Assembly: GCA_037143195.1 (NCBI GenBank)
Contig: JBAWZD010000001.1
Coordinates: forward strand, 272,892-336,891
Reading direction: 5' to 3'
DNA length: 64,000 nucleotides
Source: a bacterium
GTDB taxonomy: Bacteria; Patescibacteriota; Minisyncoccia; Phycocordibacterales; UBA9973
Positions 10,069 to 18,916 of the stretch are shown piece after piece. The notes under the pieces are model-generated. The model ran no database searches, was not told the DNA's origin, and saw nothing but the letters and a program-made list of their open reading frames with translations. Position 1 is the stretch's first letter. Every line of letters starts with the position of its first letter. Position numbers and translations under genes: made by a program.

Positions 10069-10998
10069 ATGTACGATCTTCTCATCATCGGTGGTGGCCC
10101 CGCAGCAAGTGCCGCAGCAGTCTACGCCGCTCGCAAGCGCCTCAAAACAGTGCTCGTCGCTGGCGAATTTGGCGGACAGTCAACAGTCTCAACAGATATT
10201 CAAAATTGGATTGGTACTCCGCATATTAGTGGTGCTGATCTCGCAAAAAGTTTGAAAGCTCACGTGTATGAATATGCGGGAGATTTTCTTACTATCAAAG
10301 AGGGTGGCTACGTGACGAAGATTGAAGGTGTCGCGGGTAATTTTTCTATCACGATTGGTGAGAAAGACGTAGTGAAAGCTCACGCAATCCTCGTCGCGAC
10401 GGGATCAAATCGTCGCAAGCTCGATATCAAAGGTGCAGATGAGTATGAACACAAAGGTCTCACGTATTGTGCATCGTGTGATGGACCACTCTTTGCAGGT
10501 CAAGAAGTTGTCGTCATCGGTGGAGGTAATGCTGCGTTTGAGACTGCAGCGCAATTGCTCGCGTACTGTAGCAAAGTCACGCTCTTGAATCGCAGCGACA
10601 AATTCCGTGCTGATGAGATAACGGTCACACAGACACAAAAAGATCCAAAATTCCGCGCAGTAACTGAAGTCGAAATGCTCGAAGTATTCGGCGGAGATTT
10701 TGTCGAGGGCATGACAATCAGACACAAAAAAGATAGTACCGAAGAAAAAATTCCGGCCTCAGGAATTTTCGTCGAAGTTGGCCAAATTCCAAACTCAAGT
10801 TTCGTCAAAGGCATTGTCGACATGAACGATGTTGGCTCGATCAAAATTGATCCACGCACGCAAGCAACTTCAGTTGAAGGCATTTGGTCTGCCGGTGACG
10901 TCACTGATGTCCTCTACCACCAAAACAATATAGCTGCTGGAGACGCTGTTCGAGCACTCGAAGATATCTATATCTGGCTCCATAAGCACAAGGCATAG
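10069..10998 (+). CDS. trxB: Thioredoxin reductase-like FAD oxidoreductase
   Basis: IIGGGPA, CASCDG redox motif, VIGGGNAA, AGDVTD. Confidence 0.9.
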   Translation: MYDLLIIGGGPAASAAAVYAARKRLKTVLVAGEFGGQSTVSTDIQNWIGTPHISGADLAKSLKAHVYEYAGDFLTIKEGGYVTKIEGVAGNFSITIGEKDVVKAHAILVATGSNRRKLDIKGADEYEHKGLTYCASCDGPLFAGQEVVVIGGGNAAFETAAQLLAYCSKVTLLNRSDKFRADEITVTQTQKDPKFRAVTEVEMLEVFGGDFVEGMTIRHKKDSTEEKIPASGIFVEVGQIPNSSFVKGIVDMNDVGSIKIDPRTQATSVEGIWSAGDVTDVLYHQNNIAAGDAVRALEDIYIWLHKHKA

Positions 10999-10999
10999 A

Positions 11000-11120
11000 C
11001 GCGGGCACGCAAAATACTCCCTTCAAAAGCATCTTCGGAGCGCGACGGCGCGAGAATAAGGCGAAAATCCTTCAGGATTTTACGCCGGTGCTTTTGAAGG
11101 GAGTATTTTGCGTGCCCGCG
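11000..11120. repeat. Palindromic MITE/REP-like element with perfect 32-bp terminal inverted repeats
   Basis: CGCGGGCACGCAAAATACTCCCTTCAAAAGCA (11000-11031) is the exact reverse complement of 11089-11120. Internal hairpin AAAATCC/GGATTTT. Fills the gap between two convergent stop codons. Confidence 0.85.
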
Positions 11121-11121
11121 G

Positions 11122-11862
11122 TTAGAGTTTGTGCAAAAGATCTAAGTGTTCTTTCGTGTTCACACCTATCGCTTCCTTCGGATCAATTGAAATCGATGCG
11201 ATATCGGCGCCTTCGGCGCATGCCATGCCGATGAGATCGGTGAGATAGTATTCGCCTTGCGCGTTTTCGTTTTTGAGTGCTTTGAGATGCGCCCAGAGCC
11301 ACTGTGCTTTGAACGAATACGAGCCTGAATTCACTTCGGTGATTCGGAGCTCATCTGGTGTGGCATCTTTTTTTTCTACAATTTTTGTGATGTCGCCATT
11401 CTCATTGCGAATGATGCGACCAAAATCCGCAAACCCTGCGCGCCATTCTTCGAAGTCGGGCACATGCACGGTCGCCATGGTGAGCACGGCATCAGAATTT
11501 TCTGCCATTTCGGCGAGCATATGGATCGAGTGCGGTTTGATATACGGTACGTCGCTATTGAGCACGAGCACATTTTTGACTTTGCCTTCGAGTTCAGGCA
11601 TAGCTGAAAGCACTGCATGTCCTGTGCCGAGCTGTTCGAGCTGAGCGACATAGCGATACCCATCGCCAAGCGTCTCCATGACGAGCTCACGCTTCTGACC
11701 CACGACCACAATGGGTGTCCTCGTCACACCTGAAGCCTCCACAGCCTCGAGGACGTGCAGTACGAGTGGTTTGCCATGAAGTGGCACGAGCACCTTGGGC
11801 AAGTCGCTCTGCATGCGTTTGCCATATCCGGCGGCGAGAATGACGACTTCGGTTTGTTGCAT
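11122..11862 (-). CDS. GlmU N-terminal-like nucleotidyltransferase (uridyltransferase domain only)
   Basis: ILAAGYGKRMQSDLPKVL, EQLGTGHAV, EYYLTD, GVNT. No acetyltransferase beta-helix. Confidence 0.88.
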   Translation of the reverse strand: MQQTEVVILAAGYGKRMQSDLPKVLVPLHGKPLVLHVLEAVEASGVTRTPIVVVGQKRELVMETLGDGYRYVAQLEQLGTGHAVLSAMPELEGKVKNVLVLNSDVPYIKPHSIHMLAEMAENSDAVLTMATVHVPDFEEWRAGFADFGRIIRNENGDITKIVEKKDATPDELRITEVNSGSYSFKAQWLWAHLKALKNENAQGEYYLTDLIGMACAEGADIASISIDPKEAIGVNTKEHLDLLHKL

Positions 11863-11955
11863 GGAGAAACTATACCAAAATCCCCCGCTCGCTCATACTT
11901 GACTAAATACAAATTTTAATACATAGTGAGACAAATTTAAAACCAAATATTGTTT

Positions 11956-12873
11956 ATGAAGAAGATCCTTCTCATTGCCGTACTCGGCCTCTCTCAGCTT
12001 GCGCAGGCGCAAGTGAGTGTATCTTTCACTGCAACCAACGGCCAAATGTCGGCCAAAGTTGCAACACGTCACACCGGTTTGATTCCGGGGCACCAAGTGG
12101 TGCGCTCCGTGATGGTGAGTAACACAATTGACTTCAGCACCATTGTTGGTGCCGTTGTTGATTCTTTCGTTGCCACCGATACCATTATGTTCTCGGTGGA
12201 TTCTGTTCACACTTCTGTACCTTACCCGAATATATATTGGGTCAAGGATAGTGTGTGGCAAGCTGACACAGTAGCCACCAGCGCAGTTGCAACGAACGAT
12301 TCAGGAGTGCTCCTGACACCGTTTTTTAGGAACCCAACCAAGGTGCTTAGCGCACCAACAGTTGATTCATCGAATGCCTATTTCCACGGCACATTTACTT
12401 CAGGGTACGATATTGCCATTGTGAGAGTCGTAGTTTCATATGGTGATTCACTATTTCTGTCGCCGGAATTTCTTTTCCCCGCTGTTTCGGACACGATTCA
12501 TCCCGTCTTGGGTACAACGGTCCAAAACGTTGTAGATTCGATCGTGATTCCGATCGGAGTGAATAATCTTCCTTTTTCTTATCGTGTTTACACGATAAAT
12601 TCAAAAAAGGCAGACACTTCAATTGTGTATCACGGGCGGACCAAGTACGTTGCACCCGCTGGGATAAATGGTATTACCCCTCAAGAAATAATTCCGGGGA
12701 CAATCACTATTTATTCACTCGCAGGGGTACTGCTTTACTCAGCCCACGAGGAAAATCTGTCTGTGGGAGACAGATTGATTAAGCAAGAAGTTACCCTCCC
12801 CACGGGTAATTACGTTCAGTGCTCACGCACGGACTCAGGGCTCCAGCTCCCTGGCAAAATAATATGCTGGTAG
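11956..12873 (+). CDS. Secreted orphan protein with possible degenerate T9SS C-terminal sorting domain
   Basis: Signal peptide MKKILL...AQA-Q. C-terminus ITIYSLAGVLL...LPTGNYV...KII. Cassette promoter and terminator. Confidence 0.65.
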   Translation: MKKILLIAVLGLSQLAQAQVSVSFTATNGQMSAKVATRHTGLIPGHQVVRSVMVSNTIDFSTIVGAVVDSFVATDTIMFSVDSVHTSVPYPNIYWVKDSVWQADTVATSAVATNDSGVLLTPFFRNPTKVLSAPTVDSSNAYFHGTFTSGYDIAIVRVVVSYGDSLFLSPEFLFPAVSDTIHPVLGTTVQNVVDSIVIPIGVNNLPFSYRVYTINSKKADTSIVYHGRTKYVAPAGINGITPQEIIPGTITIYSLAGVLLYSAHEENLSVGDRLIKQEVTLPTGNYVQCSRTDSGLQLPGKIICW

Positions 12874-13008
12874 CCATCAAAGCCATCAAAGAAAAGCCAC
12901 TAAGGCAACTTTCTTTGGTGGCTTTTCTTTTTGCCCGTTATTTCATATTCGTAGTATGCCAAAATGGAATATAAAATACCGCCGTATTGAGTGGCGGTGT
13001 TTTATTTT

Positions 13009-13437
13009 TCATGATTCGGTTTGCGGTTTTTCCCACAAAATGTCGAGCACACTCTTGGCGTCAAAGTACGATACACAGCGATGGTATATCCAAAACTTTG
13101 AAAGCAGTCGCGCTTTCCTGTCTGTGCTGAATTCTTTGTTGTTTTGTCGGTAGACATCCATCTCACGTTTGAGTGCGATGATTTCTTCTTGAAAACAAAA
13201 ACTATTCGAAGTCATGTATCGCCAAAGCCATACAGACACCCCAAGTTGCTCTTGACGCTCGATATGAGTAGTCTCGTGCTCGATAATCGATTGCGTAAAC
13301 CAGTCTGGCTGGCCCGTCATATAGTCTTGATGTAATGAATCGTTCAAGAAAATATATGGCGCAATCGCAATAGAGATGTCGCTCGGCAAAATACCGAGTC
13401 GCACAATCCAATTCGGTACTTTCCTAATTTTCGCCAT
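13009..13437 (-). CDS. Hypothetical protein with HExxH (possible zincin metallopeptidase)
   Basis: IIEHETTHIERQ...FQEEIIA. Start reassigned to ATG 13437. Confidence 0.6.
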   Translation of the reverse strand: MAKIRKVPNWIVRLGILPSDISIAIAPYIFLNDSLHQDYMTGQPDWFTQSIIEHETTHIERQEQLGVSVWLWRYMTSNSFCFQEEIIALKREMDVYRQNNKEFSTDRKARLLSKFWIYHRCVSYFDAKSVLDILWEKPQTES

Positions 13438-13609
13438 ATTGTAGTCTTTTTCTTCACAATACGATGATTCCGTATCCAAGTCAATTTCTTCTCCGACAAA
13501 AGTTCCGTCTATGTGTTTAGTTGACAAGTCAATCTTGTCTGTTATGCTCAAAAACAAACTGGTACAATAATTTGATATCACGATTGCTCAACACTTTAAA
13601 AACACATAT

Positions 13610-14023
13610 ATGGTAGTACTTAAAATGACAGGAATCCTGAACGAAGGTTCTGAAATCAATAATGCATCGGGTACATTCACCATGAGGGATGATACTGGCA
13701 AAGAAAAACTTTTCATCTGGAAATCAAAAGATTATTCAAAGGAGACAATTTCTTTTTCACTTTCGTCACAGGATGGTGTCGAGATTTGTTCATTGTCTAG
13801 CGGTAATTATGATCCAGCGGTGAATTTTTCTGGGAGACAACAAGCACTCTCATTACTCACCCTTCACATAATACCTCATATTTTGGCAGTTATGGCTCAG
13901 CACGTAGTTTTGATGGAAATCATTAAGCCAAAATTTACAACTTTGAAAGGATCAAGCATCGTAATGCTAATTCGAAAAGAAATTAATGTAGATGATCAAA
14001 CATATCTCTACATTTTCGAGTAA
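13610..14023 (+). CDS. Orphan hypothetical protein
   Basis: 137-aa AT-rich ORF with TTGACA upstream and a hairpin downstream. Confidence 0.6.
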   Translation: MVVLKMTGILNEGSEINNASGTFTMRDDTGKEKLFIWKSKDYSKETISFSLSSQDGVEICSLSSGNYDPAVNFSGRQQALSLLTLHIIPHILAVMAQHVVLMEIIKPKFTTLKGSSIVMLIRKEINVDDQTYLYIFE

Positions 14024-14117
14024 AGTAATGATTAATTAAAAGACTAAAGGCAACAGAAATGTTGTCTTTTGTTTTGTCTCCAGCGTAAAAATTCATTCTT
14101 GGTCTAGCACGAATTTG

Positions 14118-14189
14118 TGACTCTACCGGGAATCGAACCCGGATTACAGCCTTGAAAAGGCCGTGTCCTAACCGTTAGACGATAGAGCC
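14118..14189 (-). tRNA. tRNA-Glu (TTC)
   Basis: GGCTCTATCGTCTAACGGTTAGGACACGGCCTTTTCAAGGCTGTAATCCGGGTTCGATTCCCGGTAGAGTCA cloverleaf, anticodon TTC. Confidence 0.95.
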
Positions 14190-14248
14190 ATACGAACAAA
14201 ATACCGTGCCACTATAACAGTATTTTGTCCTTTTTTCAAGAGGGCGAT

Positions 14249-15250
14249 TTAAGCCTTGTTTTTCAACATCCGATCGACACTATACTTCCCTGCTCCCGTG
14301 ACGACGAGCATTGAGATCGCCCCAAAGAGCGTGACGTGTGAATACACTGACTCTTTGAAGTAGAAGAACGAGAGCGAAATCACGACGAACGACACGATAG
14401 CGACGAGACGAATCTCAAATCCGATAATGAGTAATACACCGAGTAAAAATTCCACAATCCCCGCTCCGAGTACCCACAATGCGGGCGAAACTGGAATGAC
14501 ATTCGTAAGATGATACATTTGCACAACGAGTGCTGAATCGTGCGGATTCATAAATTTTTCATATACAGCGAGGAATATGAACGCAATACCAAGCCCGAAG
14601 CGGAGCACGAGCGGAACGAGCTCGCGAGCCTTTTCACCAAGTGAGAATTGTGTGATGTTCAAGATATCGTCGAGCCCTGGTCGTGCTGATTCGAGCAATA
14701 GCGCAGACACAACGAGTGCGAGAAAATCCATATTACCGAACACATAATTTGAGTGCACAACGCCAGCAAAGAAAAGTGCAATGCTTCCAACGTAGGCAAA
14801 CGGAAGCAAAAATCCGAGCAAAAACAAGAACCCGAGGATGATTTCGATGAATCCGATCATTGGTGTGCCCATGAGCACCGGTGAGACGAACACATTCGCC
14901 GTGCCCGCGCCGATCAGTGCAATACCGAGCGAGAGACGCGCCATCCATGAAAGGAGCTCCGTGTACGATGAGAGCTTTTCGATCACTCGTGCGAGCAATA
15001 CTTTGGATCGTGGTCGTGTGCGCCAATAGATGATGGCTCCGACCACGGCGAGCGTGACGAGCCCTGCGATGAGGACTGAAAGTGGAGCATCAGTGACTCC
15101 GGAAATCAAAAAATGCATGTCCGAGCCTTCATGACTTACGAAATCATCATGGTCGAGGACATAGCCGACGTGTGCACTTGCGAGGAGCGGCGTAGCCGCG
15201 ACGACGATACTTGAGACGAACCCGAGCAATACCCGTTTGATATTTTTCAT
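14249..15250 (-). CDS. DoxX-family membrane protein (duplicated DoxX-like)
   Basis: SAHVGYV N-terminus, LRFGLG..F...YEK, GIVE...G..L..G, GAGKYSVDR. Confidence 0.8.
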   Translation of the reverse strand: MKNIKRVLLGFVSSIVVAATPLLASAHVGYVLDHDDFVSHEGSDMHFLISGVTDAPLSVLIAGLVTLAVVGAIIYWRTRPRSKVLLARVIEKLSSYTELLSWMARLSLGIALIGAGTANVFVSPVLMGTPMIGFIEIILGFLFLLGFLLPFAYVGSIALFFAGVVHSNYVFGNMDFLALVVSALLLESARPGLDDILNITQFSLGEKARELVPLVLRFGLGIAFIFLAVYEKFMNPHDSALVVQMYHLTNVIPVSPALWVLGAGIVEFLLGVLLIIGFEIRLVAIVSFVVISLSFFYFKESVYSHVTLFGAISMLVVTGAGKYSVDRMLKNKA

Positions 15251-15322
15251 ATGGAAAGTATATCAAATTTGGTCTTAGAATGTAAAAATGATAGTATTGC
15301 CTTCGGGCATATTCAACCGTAG

Positions 15323-15412
15323 GGAGACGTGGCTGAGTGGTTGAAGGCACTTGTTTCGAAAACAAGCGTGCGGGAAACCGTACCGTGAGTTCGAATCTCA
15401 CCGTCTCCGCCA
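15323..15412 (+). tRNA. tRNA-Ser (CGA)
   Basis: GGAGACG acceptor stem, CTTGT-TTCGAAA-ACAAG anticodon arm, long variable arm, encoded CCA. Confidence 0.95.
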
Positions 15413-15460
15413 AAAAGAAAGCTTGAATTTAAGAGCAAATCTGCTATTCTATACAGGTTC

Positions 15461-15533
15461 GCGCGGTTAGCTCAGTTGGTAGAGCATCCCCTTGACGTGG
15501 GGAGGGTCAGAGGTTCGAATCCTCTATCGCGCA
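15461..15533 (+). tRNA. tRNA-Val (GAC)
   Basis: GCGCGGT acceptor, TCCCC-TTGACGT-GGGGA anticodon arm, GGTTCGAATCC T-arm. Confidence 0.95.
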
Positions 15534-15587
15534 CAAAATTGGTATAAAAAAGAAGCTGGTTAGGCCTCTTAATAATTTTACAACCAT

Positions 15588-15914
15588 TTAATTGTTCAAA
15601 GAAAGATAGTTGCCTACTGCCATATTTAAATATGGTCCAGGATCTTCGGTTTGAAAATCAAATCTGATGCTTTGGTAGTACTTATTCGCAAAGGTACTGA
15701 TTTGCTCTCTTGTTTGCTCAAGAACTTTATCCTCAGATGGATCAAGATTCTTATTCAAAAAGGCTTCGGCTTTATCTTTGTCAGTCCAAACAAACAAACT
15801 TCGTGGGTAATCTAAGGTACCGTACGCTTGATCATTTGGTCCACCGATAATAAGAAATCCCACCTGAAGTGTCATTACTTTTTCTTTAGTATTTTGTATC
15901 TCCTCGTTGCCCAT
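15588..15914 (-). CDS. Orphan hypothetical protein
   Basis: 108-aa AT-rich ORF with TTTACA...TACAAT promoter. Confidence 0.6.
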   Translation of the reverse strand: MGNEEIQNTKEKVMTLQVGFLIIGGPNDQAYGTLDYPRSLFVWTDKDKAEAFLNKNLDPSEDKVLEQTREQISTFANKYYQSIRFDFQTEDPGPYLNMAVGNYLSLNN

Positions 15915-16195
15915 GAGACTATTTTTAAAGATTCACAATATTATTATTGTATCATAAAATTATGATTTGTAAATAGTACCATCCGAAGTACGGTTAGTTC
16001 TCTTTAATTTCAACCCTAAGCCGCCAAAGACAAAGTTAAACGGGTATTTCGTCCATATTTTTGAGTTCGGGGTAAGAATTCTTCCCTCAAAATTTTATGT
16101 AGAAATGCTGGTTAGGTTTCTTTGAATTTTACGACGACTTGATTGTTAAAATTGAAAAGCCGCAGAAAATCTGAGACTTTTCTGCGGCTTAAAAT

Positions 16196-16567
16196 TTATT
16201 TTCTTTCTACAGCGAACCACGCTATCTCCAACATTTCTGCCGGACAGACCTTCCACGGCCCCTTTTTTACATCAGTGGTTCTTCCGTTCCAAAGTAACAC
16301 AATCGTTTCCTCCTCGCTAAAGGCGATGATGATTTTATAAATTGGAATCGCCTTATCCCTATGGATTGCAACCAGCCTCATTGTGTCGAGTCGTGATGCT
16401 GGTTTGAAACCACGGTCTGCTATTTCATTTGCAATGTAATCCGTTTTACATTGAATAAGTTCGATCATTTTAGGTTGATCGGTGTCAGTCTCGACACGGA
16501 ACTGAGATAAATTTGCCTTACCGTCGATTTTGAATGTCAAAGTTCTAACAAAATTCTCTGAACTCAA
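16196..16567 (-). CDS. Orphan hypothetical protein (start uncertain: TTG 16567 or ATG 16468)
   Basis: Open frame ending just before the hairpin at ~16155-16190. Confidence 0.4.
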   Translation of the reverse strand: MSSENFVRTLTFKIDGKANLSQFRVETDTDQPKMIELIQCKTDYIANEIADRGFKPASRLDTMRLVAIHRDKAIPIYKIIIAFSEEETIVLLWNGRTTDVKKGPWKVCPAEMLEIAWFAVERK

Positions 16568-16588
16568 TTTTGATGATATAATCGGCAC

Positions 16589-16948
16589 ATGGAAAATTTC
16601 GGATTCCCCCAGCCTAAAAGGGTAGAAATGTTTGCTATAGAGGACGAGGCGGACATCAATCAATTCAAAAACAAAAGTGCTGCATTGCAAGATCAAATTG
16701 ACTCATATCTTGAATCACTCAAAGGTTTGATTGCTCAGCGAGACGAGTACCAAAGACTCCTCGAAGAAAATCCAAACGACACCTTTGTCCAAGGCGAGCT
16801 GAACGTGCTCCAAGTCAACATTGATTCAATCCATGACCAGATGAATGAACTTTCGGCGAAAAAAATGCAAGAAAATTTCAACGTAGAATCCTACAACGAA
16901 GTCAGTAAGGCGATAATGACTCATGTGCCAAAGGAATCATTAAACTAA
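16589..16948 (+). CDS. Coiled-coil hypothetical protein
   Basis: Heptad-rich 119 aa, TATAAT 6 nt before ATG, terminator at ~16955-16985. Confidence 0.7.
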   Translation: MENFGFPQPKRVEMFAIEDEADINQFKNKSAALQDQIDSYLESLKGLIAQRDEYQRLLEENPNDTFVQGELNVLQVNIDSIHDQMNELSAKKMQENFNVESYNEVSKAIMTHVPKESLN

Positions 16949-17002
16949 ATTAAAAAAGCGTGGTCTTGATAACCACGCTTTTTTTAAAATCAATTTACAT
17001 AC

Positions 17003-17410
17003 TTACATGACTACAGATGAGTCAATCGGAAAAATTTCCGGTTGCAGTTGCCTTGTCAGGGCAAAAATCATCGTCCCTTTCCCTACGGAAAGGTTAAGGA
17101 CGGTGCTTTCGATATTCTTCACCTTTAAGTTAAGATAATTTTCGAAAACAATGATTTCATCAACCTTCCCATCAAAAGCAATTACAACGGGATTCTCGTC
17201 CAGCGTTTTATTTAACGCTTGAACACATGCGGTGGCGTCTTTAATGCCATTAACATACATGAAATGTGGATTTGCTTCTGCCACATCTAACGGAATAATA
17301 ACTGCACAACGAGACTCGCAGTTTGCCATAATAACAGGACTCTTTCCATCAACTTTGTACCCGAATGACATTGGGTCAGAATCTGCCGGTACGATAAATA
17401 CTTTTTTCAA
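17003..17410 (-). CDS. Orphan hypothetical protein (probable TTG start)
   Basis: Open frame LKKVFIVP..., extended -10 TGnTAGTAT at 17449-17457, A-rich leader. Confidence 0.55.
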   Translation of the reverse strand: MKKVFIVPADSDPMSFGYKVDGKSPVIMANCESRCAVIIPLDVAEANPHFMYVNGIKDATACVQALNKTLDENPVVIAFDGKVDEIIVFENYLNLKVKNIESTVLNLSVGKGTMIFALTRQLQPEIFPIDSSVVM

Positions 17411-17528
17411 TTTGAACTTTTTAATTGTTAAACAAAATAGTCGCTTGGATACTATCACAAATGAACAAAAAAACTACTTGACATAGTTTTCCCCACGAGA
17501 TTATTCGCAGGTACGATATACTGTTTCA

Positions 17529-17641
17529 GGACCCTTCGTCGATTAAACAAAATAGTCATTTGGAACATTTTTCGGAGGGCCACTTCTTTTAAAACTTGAA
17601 TCACTACGAACTTGGCAACCGATTAACGGTTGCCATTTTTT
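17529..17641 (+). ncRNA. Putative antisense small RNA (stem-displayed loop complementary to the leader of the divergent gene)
   Basis: TATACT at 17517-17522, stem CCCTTCG/CGGAGGG enclosing TTAAACAAAATAGTC, terminator TGGCAACCG/CGGTTGCCA plus T-run, no ORF to explain the terminator. Confidence 0.5.
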
Positions 17642-17780
17642 ATTTAAATCTCCTTCGAATATAGAAATTTTCAACCTTCAGCATACGGATTATGCTTCAG
17701 TCTTTTCTTTACGATTTTTTTGACATATCAAGGTATATATAGTATTAATAGCTCATAAATTCATCCTTTAAAGCTAAATT

Positions 17781-18095
17781 ATGAGTAACAGCATGCACGA
17801 AATGACTCAATTATTTTTTATGGCGGTTGCAGGAATATCTTTTTTTGATATGCTCATCCTCGGTCTTAAGACAGAAAGTACTATTGAACGAGGTATTTGC
17901 ACCATCATGGCCACTGTTTTCGGGTTGATCTGTCTAGAAATACTGCTGCGGATTATTATCATTCCCGACATCAGTGATTTTCCGATTATTCAGCTCGTTG
18001 TAGTATTGCTTGCGCGAATATCGGAATTGATTTTTGGGGCACTTGGTATTTTTTTCGGAATCAAACAATTGACCCAAAAAAGAGCAAACAAATAA
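17781..18095 (+). CDS. Orphan membrane protein (3 TM)
   Basis: Hydrophobic 104 aa, own TTGACA promoter and terminator. Confidence 0.6.
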   Translation: MSNSMHEMTQLFFMAVAGISFFDMLILGLKTESTIERGICTIMATVFGLICLEILLRIIIIPDISDFPIIQLVVVLLARISELIFGALGIFFGIKQLTQKRANK

Positions 18096-18330
18096 GGAGC
18101 ACAAATATGCTCTCAAAAAAACTCGCACGAGTTGGAGAAAACACGCTCCAATACCGGCGAGTTTTCTTTTTATGTTACTCTGTCAGATTTTTACAAGCAA
18201 AATGCCTCATATTAAATTCAAGACAAGGACTTTTTCATTTGGGCGATATATCTGTCACACCTATATATCACAGAAAATGGCACCATCCTCGTAAGGTATA
18301 GTGCCATTTAATTTAATTGCCATTCATTAT

Positions 18331-18684
18331 TTATGGCAAAGTAGTTTCAGCAATTCCACCATTCATGTGGAAGTGTATGAACTTACTTTTGTACGCCCCC
18401 CCTTTTGCAGCGAAAACTTCGACATACTGACCATTCACTAGGCCAATTTGTCTATTAATCAGATAGTTGCCCTCCTGGTCCTGCACTTGCAGGATTCCCA
18501 TTCCATCAGTCTGTGATGTGCAAGTGATAACCAAGTCACCGTCTTGATTATACTCGGCGCTAACGCTGATCACTGCCTGATCGAGGGCAACTGTTGCAGT
18601 TGGGACAGGAGCTTGTGAGCTCCCAGTTTGTGGTGCTCCAAACATTATGGCAGCACAACAAAACAAAATGAATGTTTTTTTCAT
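18331..18684 (-). CDS. Small secreted beta-rich orphan protein
   Basis: MKKTFILFCCAA signal peptide, TATAAT promoter, downstream hairpin. Confidence 0.65.
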   Translation of the reverse strand: MKKTFILFCCAAIMFGAPQTGSSQAPVPTATVALDQAVISVSAEYNQDGDLVITCTSQTDGMGILQVQDQEGNYLINRQIGLVNGQYVEVFAAKGGAYKSKFIHFHMNGGIAETTLP

Positions 18685-18916
18685 ATTTATGAAATTTAGT
18701 GACACACATTATAGCATATTGCCGATTAAAATCAATACCTTGACTATCGAGCTCCCAATTAGGCTTTCCACGGTGCACAGATTTTAACAAATACAAAAAG
18801 CCATAAAAAATCAATTCGCTTTTTTCACATGGCCATCATTTTCCTAAAAACGTTTTGTGTAAATATGACAAGCAGGTGCCAAACCAAAGTAGTCAATCAT
18901 GATACAATGTTCGAAT

